From the NCBI GenBank assembly GCA_964016885.1, contig OZ024743.1, forward strand, positions 347,634,001-347,698,000: DNA of 64,000 nucleotides, in the 5' to 3' direction. The notes beneath the pieces are model-generated. The model was given only the letters and a program-made list of their open reading frames with translations, did no database searches and was not told the DNA's origin. Positions within the stretch are counted from its first letter, which is position 1. Every line of letters begins with the position of its first letter. Source of the stretch: Eledone cirrhosa. Its lineage: Eukaryota. The translations under genes and the position numbers were made by a program. Shown one piece after another: positions 24,196-38,618 of the stretch.

Positions 24196-24489
24196 GATAT
24201 CTCATTTGAGCCCACCTTTCAGCAATTCTGGACAAACTCTATTCTCTTATCCCTACCACCAACACGGACAAAACAACTGGTATTCCTCTATTTCTTCCAA
24301 CACCACTATTACCATTATCATCAACATTATCATTCATATTATCTTCAGCAGGATCATAATCATCAACATCATCATTACTATCATCCTCAGAATCATCATT
24401 ATAATCATTAAGATCGTCATCAAAATCATCATCGAAACATTCACCATTATCATCACCGCGATAATTATCATTTCAACATTATCTTCATT

Positions 24490-24672
24490 TTGCTGTATCG
24501 GTAGAGGGTCGGACGCCATGCTTTGCAGCATAGTTACGTCCCTTTATGGTCTGAGTTCAAATCCCGTCGAGGTTAACTTTGCCTTTCATCCTTACGGGGG
24601 TCGATGAAATATAGTACCAGTAATACACTGGAATAATTGCTGGCCTTGTGCCAAAAGTAGAAACAATTATTA
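24490..24672 (+). mobile_element. tRNA-derived SINE (Nin/Deu-type core)
   Basis: GAGTTCAAATCC B-box, GCCTTTCATCCTT..GGTCGAT..GTACCAG core, tail GGCCTTGTGCCAAAAGTAGAAACAATTATT. Confidence 0.85.
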
Positions 24673-25471
24673 GCAATTAAATCATCATCAACATCGCCAT
24701 CATCATCATAATTACCAACGTCATCATCTTCGTCATCATCTTATTGATATTTATATCACTCTCACAATCCACGGCAACAGCTTCCATCTTCACCCGCCAC
24801 AACCATCACCACCCTATCAACACTACTACCCCTCTACCTGAAAAACTTCCCACCTACTGAGTCATTCCGTGCAAACGTGTCGGGTGACTTATGCAATAGT
24901 TCTTAGCACTCAGAAATTCGTTTACTCCAACTCTCACCTCCTCCTACAGCCCCTCTTCTTTATCCTCATCCTCCTCATTCCACTCTTCACCCTCATCCTC
25001 ATTATTCGTATTCATTTTTTATTATTATTCTTTTATTTTCTTCCTCAACCATTACCAAACCAACAGTCAGTAACGTTGTCATTGCTCTCACCAACAACAC
25101 CAACACTTCCATTACACGTAACTATTACAACAACAACTATCATCAGCAGCAGCACCATCACCAACAATATTATCTTCACTACTAGCACCAGCACCAACAC
25201 CACCTTAAACATCACTCACCACTACCAAAACCACACATAGTCATAGAAATATTACCTCAATCAACATCATCATCAATATTGCTATCACCACCGAAAACAT
25301 CATAACCACCACTAACATCACCACAACAATTGTGCTTGCTAAGAACACCTTCCCCATCTTCACTGTTTATCTCTTGAAGGGCATTGAACTTTTGTTGGCA
25401 TCATCTGCTTCATTGCTGCTACATTATCTCTAAGCATATTCCTAAATAAAGCAATAAAACATGTCATTGAA

Positions 25472-26210
25472 ATAATAATTGTTTCTACATTTGGCTCAAG
25501 GCCAGCAATTAAACCAGTGAATTACTAGTGATTTATTTTATCCACCCTGTCAGGATGATAGGCAAGGTTAATCTCGGCAGGATTTGAACTCGTAACGTAA
25601 AGGGCCATAACTCTGTGCTGCAAAGCATATGTTTGAATTGAAACAATAATTGTTTCTACTTTTGGCACAACGCCAGCAATTAGTCAGTGTATTACTGGTA
25701 CTTTACTTTATCGACCCCGTAAGGATGAAAGGCAAAGTTAACCTTGGCGGGATTTGAACTCAGAATGGCAAGGGTCATAACTCTATGCGTCAAAGCATGG
25801 CGTCCGACCCTCTACCGATACTGCCAATCCACGGCGTAACTCATAATAATGGTCTTTGACTTAGATACAAGGCCAAAGAATTTTGGAGAAGCGGAATTTC
25901 GATTAAATCAACCTCAGTATGTTACTGGTACATTATTTTATCGACCCCCGTAAGTATGAAAGGCAAAACTAACATCTGCGGGATTTGAACTCAGAATATA
26001 GAAAGTCGTAATTAACTACCACAAATAATTTTGCCCGGCGCTCCACAAATACTAACAATCTTCTTGTAAATTAATAATTGTTTCTTATATAGGCACAAGG
26101 CCAGCAATTTTTGGGGGAGGGGAAAGTCGATTAAATCGACCCCACTGCGTGACTGGTACTTTATTGTATCAACCATATAAGGAAGAAAGACAAGTCTAGG
26201 CTCAATATTG
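25472..26210 (-). mobile_element. Head-to-tail array of four SINE copies
   Basis: Tails begin near 25472, 25643, 25843 and 26072, each at a short AATAAT run. Confidence 0.85.
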
Positions 26211-26357
26211 ATAATAATTGTTTCTTTATTAGCCACAAGTACCTTAATACAGGGAACAATACAATAGAGAGGGACAGTGGGGGGTTTACAAAAAAAAAAC
26301 AATAACAATCAACAAGATAATTATAACAATATAAATTCCCCATTAGGGGGAAGAACC
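26210..26357 (-). mobile_element. 5'-truncated Tx1 3'-UTR fragment
   Basis: Reverse complement has the TTCCCC-CTAAT-GGGGAA hairpin, CCCACTGTCCC and CTTGTGGCTAATAAAGAAACAATTATT, as in the Tx1 3' UTRs. Confidence 0.8.
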
Positions 26358-26379
26358 ATACACGGGTGACTCAGGAACC

Positions 26380-26500
26380 AACCAATCGCGAAACACACCA
26401 CAGTTTTATTTTTGAAAATAATACGAACTATGAAAACGGTAAAATAAATAAATATTCTTAAAAGACTCCAGTTGCATTTTCAATTCCTTTTACTTATATA
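26380..26500 (+). mobile_element. Solo PLE pseudo-LTR fragment related to 20280-20380
   Basis: Shared AATAAAxATTCTTAAAAxxCTCCAGTTGCATTTT block. Confidence 0.6.
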
Positions 26501-27754
26501 TTTACACGTGTGGTACATTAAAAAAAACTTTCATATATAACAAATCTCTATATGTCAAACAAAAGAAGGTTGGACTGGAAACTTTCTTCAACATTTTAAT
26601 TCTTCGAAAATAATATACCTATTTCAATGTCCTATTGTCATCATCAAGTCATGGTGCAAGTCTAAGGCGATTTCACATAGAGTTTATTACAGAATTAGTT
26701 AAATAAATTAGCAGGATTATGGCGAAAACAAACAGAGAATAGAGGATTGATTTGGTTCGGGGATGGCTTACCAATTCTGTGTTATTTTAACTGCAACCCC
26801 ACACCCTTCTCTCATTTTATTTTTCCGAATTAATTTCTCTTAATTCATTTAACCTAACACTCATACCTAAATATTATAATTTTTTTAAATCTTCATAATT
26901 TTAATGATTTTATTTAATTTTATAATTTTTAAAAACTTTTTATAATTTTTATAATTTAAAATTATTTCACAAAAACTCTGTAGTATATACGCTGTTATGG
27001 TGCTTATAATGCTTTAACTCTTCACCGTCACGCTACGCAGATTTTCGGCCAATGTCTATTAACACGGAGTTTCATACCCCTAGACTTTTGTACAGCGGAA
27101 TAGTTGATTGCTATTAATTGTTTCTAATTTTGGCACAATGCCAGGAATTACCCCAGGTATTAATGAATGGCATCTAAGTACAGTACAATTAATTCATCCC
27201 CCGCTCCCGCACACACACACAAAAACCACCATCCACGCTGTTACACCTACCAACCTGCAATGCTTAGCATTGTTACCTATGTCGCATTCGGAGATGGTTA
27301 ATTGTTACAATAACCACGAATTGGTAAACTATCCCCGAACCAAATCTATCCTCTACTCTCTGTTTGTGTTCGCCGAATCCTGTTATGTTATATAACAACC
27401 TCTGCAATCAACACCTGAGAAAATTGTCTTAGGCATGCATCATGATCGGGTGATGAAGCTGGATCCCATAGCAATATGCATAGTGTTTTCGAAGAATTAA
27501 AATATTAAAGAAAGTTTCAAGTCCAGATTTATGTTGTTTTTAATGAACTCTGACCACGGGATTCCACATCGGCAATGGATGATTTGCAATGGATGATCTG
27601 CATTAAGTGTGGCCGAAACTCGAGTCCGGGAACTAGTATAGGCACTCATTTTACGGGTGTTGTATTGAAGCGAATGTATCTTATATTGCCCATTAAGTAC
27701 GGAGAGATAATACCGCTCCTGCCATTGATAAATATGCTGGTTCCGTCAACTCCT

Positions 27755-27791
<37 letters not shown>

Positions 27792-27794
<3 letters not shown>

Positions 27795-27869
27795 GGTCCC
27801 CACCAAAATGTATACACATTTCAAAATCATTGCAATAAAGGTGTGCACATACTTTTTGGGAACACCCTC
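27792..27869. mobile_element. ~80-bp Tc1/mariner-type MITE
   Basis: TA-CAGGGT...ACCCTC-TA with imperfect terminal inverted repeats, inside (TA)n. A second copy is at 52470. Confidence 0.7.
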
Positions 27870-27932
<63 letters not shown>

Positions 27933-28077
27933 CGAGGGAAATGTGGTAAGGAACCAGATGGACCATAACGTACCAAAGTACTCAATACTTAGGCTAGTAG
28001 AGTGGGTAATAGGAACAAGTATGACCCCGACAGCAGAGCTCAAGCCGTTTCGACGGCTATTTCTGGACTCAATATAT

Positions 28078-28194
<117 letters not shown>

Positions 28195-28200
28195 CATATC

Positions 28201-28241
<41 letters not shown>

Positions 28242-28257
28242 TTATATATGTGCATGC

Positions 28258-28309
<52 letters not shown>

Positions 28310-28487
28310 TATGTATATATATAAATAGTTATATGTATATTGTGAAATCGATTTGTCGTTATACGTGTAGACGCCATTAGAGCAAGCCGGAATAAGAAAG
28401 TTACTGTTAAATAAGTGCAATAATAAACTGAATAATTTATATTTGTGGTGATATATTGTCATGATTGATGATATCTGACTATTGCAT

Positions 28488-28580
<93 letters not shown>

Positions 28581-28685
28581 AAAACATTTTAATGTTTCAT
28601 ACTTATTTTATGCCTACGCTCAACTATAATAATTAGCAAGAGACATTTGTGTCCCCAAGCACTATGTTTATATATATACATGCAT

Positions 28686-28804
<119 letters not shown>

Positions 28805-29724
28805 GATAAATACATGCCTGCGTATGACTTCATCTACAAAATAAACTATTGTCAGAGTCGTTGAAACCATGGCTAATATACTCAACATATGCTCAATTCG
28901 ATTTCAAACTTTCGACCACATTACCGGACATGTGAATTTTGAGAAGATTTTAGGTGAGTAAACAGAGATTCCATCGTTGAATTTGTAAAAATATATTTTA
29001 TGTGACATACGAAATGAACTCCCCTCAGATTATGCACCGAATCGATATGGTACTCATTCATGGCAATAATTTCTGTTCCAGTGAGTTGCTATAATACTGA
29101 TGATCATACATACTTGTAGAATATGTGTTTAAATATACCAACCAATAAATAAATATGAAGAGTATTTCACTCCGTATGAAATAGCTAAAAACATTGTCCT
29201 GTAATTATTCATTACTCGTCACGTCTTATTACTAGTAAGGTTTCTATTTTCAGGCATTAATAACCCATGACATACACACAAAAACATATATACAGACATT
29301 CGTGCATAAATAGAAGCCGCAATAATTATCACTATATATATACACGGTGTCAATCGATGAAGTCAATAATACTAGCAACAATAATAACTGTGGTAATAAT
29401 ATTAGCTACACCAATTCTAATATTAGCACAATCAATACAATTACTACGATTCACATTAGATCTAGACAAGCAACTGGAAATAAAAACGATAAAGCTATAA
29501 TCCACCTGAACCGAGCTCACTCAGATCTTCCCTGCAACCCAACTGAAGCTGCTGGATTAAAAAAAAAACTGCCCCCAGATTGTCTAATTAACAGTGTAGT
29601 ATATATATGCAAATTATTTACGGTAAGCAAAACGCTAATATGCATAGGAGCAACAGCCAATTCCTTCAAAATAGATATTCCTACACACACTCCTTGAAGC
29701 ATAGTGAATTAGCTAGTACAACAT

Positions 29725-29910
29725 CGGTGGATTGGCAGTATCGGTAGAGGGTCGGACGTCATGCTTTCAAGCATAGTTACGTCCCTTTGCGGTCTGAGTT
29801 CAAATCCCGCCGAGGTTAACTTTGCCTTTAATCCTTACGGGGTCGATAAAAGAAAGTACCAGTAATGTATGGGTAATTGATGGCCTTGTGCCAAAAAGTA
29901 GAAACAATTA
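29725..29910 (+). mobile_element. tRNA-derived SINE, near full length
   Basis: A-box-like TGGCAGTATCGG, B-box at 29796, core and tail. Confidence 0.85.
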
Positions 29911-31327
29911 TAAGAGGTGATTACCAAATATAAATGCGAACATATTAAATATGATTTGGAATGGGATATTCTGAAATACAAAAGAAACGAAATCCTATAA
30001 CGGAGAAGGAAGGGAATGCTCGCTTTACTCCCAGGAGATTTCCCAAATAATGATCGCTTATCAACCATTTCTATATAAAAAGCAGTAGCTTATAATTCCG
30101 TGTAACGAAAAATCCTAAGAACATTTCAATTCAGGAAACCAACATAGCCACTAATTATGAACACCCGTATTCCGTTTTCCATAACCATACAGACCCATAT
30201 AACGTTTTACTGAAATTGGACCACATAAGCTAGCCACCATAAGGCACCTATCGGAAAACCTAAACTTGAACCACTGCACATCAACTATTATTGTGAACTT
30301 CTATACGTACATGTAGTAAACTAAGCTATTTGCTTTTATCCATCTTACTAACTACGTTACATTCTCACTTTCTTATTTTACGTTTGCTACGCCTACGCCT
30401 ACATAACATTAACATAATTTCAATTGTGCAACCCTCCAGCTCTCATAAATTATAATATCCACATAAGCCCACGGAATTGCTCGTGCAGACTATCTAACAA
30501 GCAGCCGCTTAACTAACACTTAATATATGCAAAAAAGTACATAAACATTTTAGAGTACGGCAGCTCAAGCACAAACACTGCTCAACATGGGGCACTATAC
30601 ACTCTCCAGCTTGGTTTGATATTTGCAAACATACACGAGGACGCGTGGGAGGGCGCACTTATTTACCTTAATGTTACCATAATGCCACCAATACTGAATC
30701 TACATAAATAAAGACTATTAATACTTCAATCCTGTTGGACACGATACTCCAGTTTGTGCCAGGATATACCCGGCTGACCGTCTGCCGAAGTATTACACAA
30801 GAAACGAATTCTCTGTCCCGCTTCCCAAAACAGCGAATATGGATGTAGGCGTATATGTATGTAGGTATGTATGTGTATATGCGTGTCAGTACATATATAT
30901 GTTTGAATATATGTCTCCCGGTGTTGGGATATATGGATCGATATTTTAGGCTATCGATGTTTGTTGATTAATCGAAAAATTATTATGTTCATGTGGCTAA
31001 GTTTATGTAGGATTGTATATACCTTCCCAGGACAATGATTTGCGTCAGTAGATATATACAGCTATATATGTGTTTCTATGTGCGTGTGAGTTGTTTTTAA
31101 ATGTGTGAATTTATCGTCAAAACGTGTCTGACATAAATGATATATATAGCATTGGGTGACTGCCCTATCTACTCCAACTGGTAAACCACAAACTGTTATA
31201 AAGGCCACAAAGAATCTAGATGTAATAAATCTTAATTATCTCCACGCACCCTACCTTCCTAAACTCAAATGTATTTGTCTATCCGTCTACCAACTTATAA
31301 CAGTAAATTTGACCAAAGAAATTCTAA

Positions 31328-31639
31328 CCTGATAGTGGCGTTTAAAACCCTCTAAAAATGGAAAAAGATAAGTATTTACGTTTTTAAATCCTACTATCAG
31401 GTTAAAATGTATTTAGTGAAAAGTACAGCGAAACTTCACTTGCTTTTTCAAAACAAAACTTACTCGTTATTATACTTGCTATGAATATAAAGCTTCTAAT
31501 TAGAATGGAAAGGGATGTATGACGTGATGGTGTAATGGTAGCACAGTGGTCTCGATAACCAAAGATGTAGGTTCGACTGCCATGTACATCAATACTCATC
31601 CTTTACCATTTTTAGAGGGTTTTAAACTCCATTAACAGG
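31328..31639. mobile_element. piggyBac-like MITE with ~49-bp terminal inverted repeats and CTAA target duplication
   Basis: CCTG..TTTAAAACCCTCTAAAAATGG..AGTATT (31328-31376) is inverted at 31591-31639. CTAA lies at 31324-31327 and 31640-31643. Confidence 0.7.
31514..31590 (+). pseudogene. tRNA-like sequence inside the MITE
   Basis: GATGTAT/GTACATC acceptor-like stem, TGGTGTAATGGTAGCAC D arm/A-box, TGGT-CTCGATA-ACCA arm, GGTTCGACT B-box. A 7-nt insertion and weak T stem argue against a functional tRNA. Confidence 0.5.
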
Positions 31640-31642
31640 CTA

Positions 31643-31673
<31 letters not shown>

Positions 31674-32151
31674 ATGCCCGCGTGCGTATGAGTGTGTGTG
31701 TATTGAATAATGAAAATAAAACGAAAGTCAGAGATAAGTATATATTTATATATATAAACAAGTTTGGCAAACCAGTATAATAACTTGGTTTATAGTATAA
31801 CAGACTTTAAAGCTCAATGTATTTGTACAATCAGCAATAACAATGTGCATATATATCCGTGGATCATATCACGGATAAATGAATTGAATATAACTTCATC
31901 GTGTATTATTAATTTAATATAATATAGAACCAAGGGGAATAAATTCAATTATACATTTTAATGTTGTTACTAGTTGCAAGAATTTAAATGCGAATTACCC
32001 CATCAAAAAAGTAAATGCTTATATATAAAGATGAATATAGCAAGAAGAAAAAGAAAATATAATACAGTTCGTATGAGAGAAATGATTAATGATACAGAGA
32101 AAATATATTATAAGATACTACCGTTTAAAATAAGTAAGATTCTCCCATAGC

Positions 32152-32200
<49 letters not shown>

Positions 32201-32254
32201 ACACACACACCCACACACACACATACACACACACATACACACACACACACACAC

Positions 32255-32286
<32 letters not shown>

Positions 32287-32759
32287 GCACGTGTGTTCGG
32301 CTGAGAAAAAAGTGTACTGAATAGCGAAGTAGAGTTTAAATATTCATTTTATTCAATCTAATTAGTGAGTCGTGTTACTCTGGAATTTCGCCTGCTTACT
32401 CGTTTCGCAAGTGGCCTTTCCCTGTCAGACCTGACATACAATGTGAGAGAAAATCAACAATATATTTCCCTTGATTTAGCTAAGTGACAATTTCAAAAAC
32501 ATATCTTTACATCAATATAAAATATTTATAAAAATGATAACAATAATGTTACTAATTATGAAATAAATGATAATGGGAAATGTAGTGTTGATGAATCAAA
32601 TATACCCAGGGTAGTACGTGATGCTACAATTGTGTATCAATGAGTGATCGTGAGGAGTGTTGCGAAAGGAACACATGTGCCGAAAGAACCTATCTGCTAG
32701 CATCTTCATCCTTTGGAGTAATAAATGTTCAAAAATGTCCGCAGAATCTTATCTAGGCT

Positions 32760-33030
32760 TTCATCGTATGAAGTTATGCTTTGATCTTGTATTAAAATGA
32801 TTTAGTGCACCTTTAATGCTGGACAGTGTAATGCACTTCTCAATGGTGCGGGGATGATAACAGACAATGCCCTCTAAGTAGTGTCTACTTTGCGGTATTT
32901 TTTTGTATTTTATTTCATAATAACGGTTCCGTTTCAACTGCCAAATGGGATTAAACAAGGCTAAAGTAATTCGCTTTTCAACTTCCCTGTTCTTCAATAC
33001 CCCGTCCATCATCACACGCGCTTGTACATT
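32760..33030 (-). mobile_element. Possible old RTE-type LINE RT fragment
   Basis: DGVLKNREVEKRITLA resembles the post-RT DG..D.EI..RI.KA motif. Heavily decayed. Confidence 0.3.
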
Positions 33031-33334
33031 CACTCCTGGATTCCTATCGCTCTCTCTTGATCATTAACATCTTCTCTTACAACTAATACAGACCGACTAT
33101 ATATGCTCACTCCACTTTTCCCTTCACAGGTCTGTATACACAATTACACCCCCTTATATTAACACACTTTTGCTCATACCTTCGTACTTACATGCACACA
33201 CACTCTTTTACTTACATATACACACACATTTCCTCTTAACTTCGTACGGACGTATAATAACACACACACACATACACATGCTTACGCATATGCACAAGTA
33301 TAGCTCTTTTTACAAAAGGGTTTCTTTTTTCATT

Positions 33335-33626
33335 TCAGGTTGAGGCGGTCCATCATCCACTTTTCTAAAAAATAAATCATACACAAAACGCCAGCACCTA
33401 CAGTTTTACAAGAAATGTCAACAGGAATGGACCTGTTATTTTTCTCTAAAGACATTTTTTCCAATTCCAACCCGCCCGTCCCCTCAATCTATCTTATTTC
33501 TAATTCTTTCGTCTGAGGAAAGACTAGCGTCCGAAACGTTAAGAGCCTCTTCCTGCTATATCAAGCGTTAACCTATTATATCACTTCCATACACTGTACC
33601 GATTGTGTTGTTATTCCTGTTTACCT

Positions 33627-33630
<4 letters not shown>
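33335..33630 (+). mobile_element. PLE 3'-end relic with hammerhead-like motif
   Basis: CTGAGGA-AAGAC-TAGC-GTCC-GAAACGTTA near 33513-33545, followed by (TA)n. Confidence 0.5.
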
Positions 33631-33692
<62 letters not shown>

Positions 33693-33714
33693 TGTAATCT
33701 CAGTTTTTCGAATA

Positions 33715-33855
33715 TTAATAATTGTTTCTACTTTAGGCACAAGGCCAGCAATTACCCAGTGCATTACTGGTATTTTGTTTTATCGACCCCATAAGGGTGA
33801 AAGGCAAAGTCAACCTCGGCGGGATTTGAACTCAGATCGTAAAGGGACGTAATAA
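33715..33855 (-). mobile_element. SINE copy
   Basis: Same B-box, core and tail. Confidence 0.85.
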
Positions 33856-34098
33856 TAGCATTCGATTCATTTGCAATTATGCAAACAAGCCTTAATTTTA
33901 TAGCCATGTTATTAATATTCTAAAAACTCAGATTGTATTCAGCCATGTAGAGCGAAATTATCTTTTATATAAATATCCGAGATCCCAGTAGACAACTGAT
34001 GAGGAAAACTCCCCTCCCTCCTCCCGTTCTTGCATTCTTCGTATTCCCACTGCATTTTAAATTACCTTAAATAGCAACTACACACCCATTTCTATTCT

Positions 34099-34134
<36 letters not shown>

Positions 34135-34656
34135 AGCGATATATATTTTCAACCGTCAATGTAGTTTTCTACGGTCATGTGTCTATTTATAAAACAAATT
34201 TACGCACTAAGGTTGTCTTGGTTGCCCTTGAAATATATATAATTAAATAATTATGGTTTTATAAATATAGTTTCCCTTTATTAATATATTAGGCAGAATT
34301 CTAGGAGAAGGAAAACTCTAATATAACACCTGCAACCCTGATGGTATCCAATGATGTTGACTTGTTCTTCTTTTTGGTAAATAACATCTTGGTTAGAGAG
34401 TGAGACTGGCTTTGTGCAGTGCCTTTGCTCACTATAAAAGCTTCACGGCACAGGCATTGCTTTATATCTGGAGATCTCTCTACACTTGTCGTCACATGGT
34501 ACCACTGGCCCAGCACTCTGTGTCAATAATTGTCACAAGTGTAGTGTTTTAAAGTCGGTGTCTGGATTAAAATGTCACACTCGTTCACCGCATCGGTAGG
34601 GGTTCTCCTACATGGATAAAATGGAGTGGCCGTACTCGAAAACGAGTTGGCAGCCT

Positions 34657-34744
<88 letters not shown>

Positions 34745-34745
<1 letters not shown>

Positions 34746-35374
34746 CAAACACTTCCCTGAACGCAGAAGTAAATATTTCAAAAACGTTGCAACCGAAGGA
34801 AGACAGGAAGACGATACTTTGGTTCGTGAAACGTTCCCTGGCAAAGAACGAAAAAAAAAACCAAGATAATACGTCATTATTTGGAGCGGTGAAAACAATT
34901 ACATACAAAGACAAAACCATGTTTATGGTATAAATGAAGTCGTAGACTAATATTCTATTAGGTGGTTCGTGGAGACGTTCTCTGGCAATGAACGGAAAAA
35001 ACGAAGATAATACGTCAATATATGGAGAACAATTACACGCAAAGACAAAACCACGTAAATGGTATAACTGAAGTCGTGGATTAAAATTCTATTTAGGAAA
35101 CCGATTGTTTCTCTGCTTCAGAGATAAGAATAAAGTAAATCATATACAGATTTAATTGAAATTAAATATATACATACACACATTCATATACGTACGTACA
35201 CAAACATACGCGAAAACACTCGCCATGGGTATGCAAATACAAGCACGTTCACAAAAAAATAACAACACACGCACGCACATACAGAGCCCACGCTTTACAG
35301 TTCTTATATATCTGATATATATTTATCCTTATAGAGCCCTCTTTGGATTTTAGTCTTCAAATTTATTATTATTA

Positions 35375-35375
<1 letters not shown>
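34745..35375. repeat. Interspersed non-coding repeat family, copy B
   Basis: Homologous to 15360-16040 and flanked by (TA)n. Confidence 0.75.
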
Positions 35376-35409
<34 letters not shown>

Positions 35410-35412
35410 CAT

Positions 35413-35550
<138 letters not shown>

Positions 35551-35967
35551 GCATATATATGTAGATATATAGAAAGATAAATATATAAATAAATAGATAT
35601 ATAGATAGATAAATAGATAGAGAGATTGGTAGATGCATGTACGCATATTGTTGGATATATATCTATTAGTCTATAGTATGTATGGGTATATTTATATCAG
35701 ACGTGTCTGGATGCACTCAACAAACTTTATTTTGCCATGTCATTCAGTACCCCAGTAAATAGTTTTCTATTTAACATTTTCTTTACTTTATCCTAAACTT
35801 CATTTACTTTCCTTATTTTATTATATGTTTTGCCATAACTCTACATGCATCATGCATACATACATATATATACACACAACACCCACACATATACAAACAC
35901 TCACACAAACACATTCACATTTACACAGGAAAATATACATATATATATATACATACATATATATACA

Positions 35968-36082
<115 letters not shown>

Positions 36083-38334
36083 ATACATATTGATATATAT
36101 GTATATATACACACAACCATATATTTACATATATATAACTATGTTTAAGATAGCGAAAGTGTAATAGCTATAACATGTATATAAGTATGTACATAATTTT
36201 GTATATGCAGACATGTGTGTAAATGTGAATATGAGTGAGTTTTATTCAATCTATGATTCCATATCGGGGTGTTATTTTGTTCCATAAAGCTTCCGTTGCT
36301 CCGAACACTATATCTGACTCTGTATCAAGTTATTGATGGTCTTCCATCATCCAAGAACTTGCCACTGCTGCAACATTAACTCAATTTCTTTCAGCAAATC
36401 TTATCCACCTACTTACTATAATGCAGCTTATCACTGAAAACAGTTTCCATTGAAACAGCTTGAATTATGTATGTTTGTTGTAATTTTTTTTTATAATATA
36501 AGCCATATGGTATAATATATAATATAACGTAATATAATTTGGCTTCATATAATATAATAAACAATATATATGTGTGTATGTGTGTGTGATAGTGTATATA
36601 TAAATATAAATGTAGGTGTATATATATATATATATATATATGGTTTTATAATCGTTTCAGAAGGTAAAAATAAAATCTATTCATGTGGAGACCCTTCAAT
36701 TAATCTGCACATAAACGATAAATGATCGTAAAAGTATGGATTAATTTGCTACATCTCATCCTATTCATTTCGACGTTATATACCAGACTCTGGTAATGAA
36801 TACTCAACCACACATAAAATGATAGCACTGTATATAGAGCGCTAATAATGTATATATATTGATGGTGATGTTCTCTATATAATCATACATAGAAATACTA
36901 TCATACATAGAAATACTATATTGAGTGAAAGATCTTTTAATATATATCATCAATGTGCAGTTTGTTTTTATCGATGAAAAATGTGACTTGACAGCGATAT
37001 GTCAGCTTTGATGAACCCATAAATATTCATAAATCCATTACTGTTTGTAATGTTTTTATTGGTCTTGTTGTTTCCGTTGTTGTTTGCGTTGGTGTTTAAT
37101 TTGTTGTTCCCTTCAAGTTAGTACTTCTACTGTTTTACATTCCATGAGCTAAGAAGAAAACCTCTACTTGATCGTTCGAACTGCTACAAATAACATCCAA
37201 ATGACCCTCAAATCATATTCCACGTCTTCAAAAAATAATATAAAGTACCTAGAAGAAGAAACAAAATTGTGTCCATGTCGTATTCCTTGCATTTGTCTTA
37301 CTCAGAGCTGAATTGGAATTTAAAAAGTAGTGAACTTATTTTCTCTCTAATGTTCTTTCTTTTCTCCTCTCGCACCTCTCTCCTACTCTCTCTCACATAC
37401 AATATCTCTCACATGCTCGCTCTCCCTCGCATACCCACGGAATCTGTTCCACACACTCACACTCTCTCGAACCCCCCCCCCCCCCCCCCCCACAAAAAAC
37501 ACACACACACACACACTTTCCCTTCATTGTTTACTCTCTTTTTGGATTACGAGGATTTCAGAAGTTGCTTTGATTTTTGTTGCTGCAACTGCTTTTGTTG
37601 TTGTTACTCTTGTTGACGATGTTGCGGATCTTCAGTTCCAAGTCATCCAGGATTGAGCTAACCTATTATCAAAGCCCTTCCAGTTGCGATCACCGCAGCT
37701 TTCACTTGCATAATATATCGAGTACTACATTGTACAATGTCTTTTTCCCACGATAATATGATAATGTGAGCTAATGAAGTTTTGTCTCCTTTCTCTATAC
37801 GACGTAGCGCGTAGCGATATCAATGATCGAAGTAGTGGGAAAATTTGCGTCGCGGGGAAGAAGAGAACGTCTACGTTTCGGACGTTGGTCATCCTTCAGT
37901 GTATTACCATCTCGACGTTTTATATTTTAGACATAAAGAACCAACGCAAAATTTACCACTTCTTCGTTGATGGTGGAACCGTTAATTGTTGTGGCTATAT
38001 TGTTTTTTTTATTGTAGTTGTATTTGACCTGATGTTGATCGAGCTGAGATATGATAAAAAACATTCCAGCCATGATCATACCAATATTTTGAAGTATGTA
38101 TGAATACATTACATCAAACATTTCTAAAGGCGATGAATTGCTTGAATCAATAGAATGTGAGATAAAAGGTTTTGCCGTATTTCTTCCGGCGCTTCACACT
38201 CTGCATTCAAATCCCGCTAAATTCAGCTTTGCTTTGTATTTCTTCGAGGTTGATAAAATTATTATTAGTAATGAGTTCGAATTAATCAATTAATCACGAC
38301 AAATTGATCAAATTAAACAAATATATATATTTCA

Positions 38335-38618
38335 GTCATTGTCTACAGAAAGATGTAATTTGAGAAATATTTCGTTGCTATTTCTAACCCATTTCTAACC
38401 CATTGAACGACTATGAACAGCTTCGTCTCGTTATTCAAGTCAATGTCTACATAGATATGTAATTTGAGAACTATTTCATTGCTATTTCTCGCCCATTCAG
38501 TGACCATGAACAGCTTCGTCTCGTTGTTCCAGTCATTGTCTACATAGAGATGTAATTTGCGAAATATTTCGTTGCTATTTCTAGCCCATTTAGCGATCAT
38601 GAACAGCTTCGTCTCGTT
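38335..38618. repeat. 93-bp tandem repeat x3
   Basis: Units start at 38335, 38439 and 38532. The first carries an 11-bp internal duplication. Confidence 0.9.

Noticed and set aside
25472-26210. CRISPR-like repeat array
   Set aside because: The units are whole SINE copies, there are no unique spacers or cas genes, and the DNA is eukaryotic.
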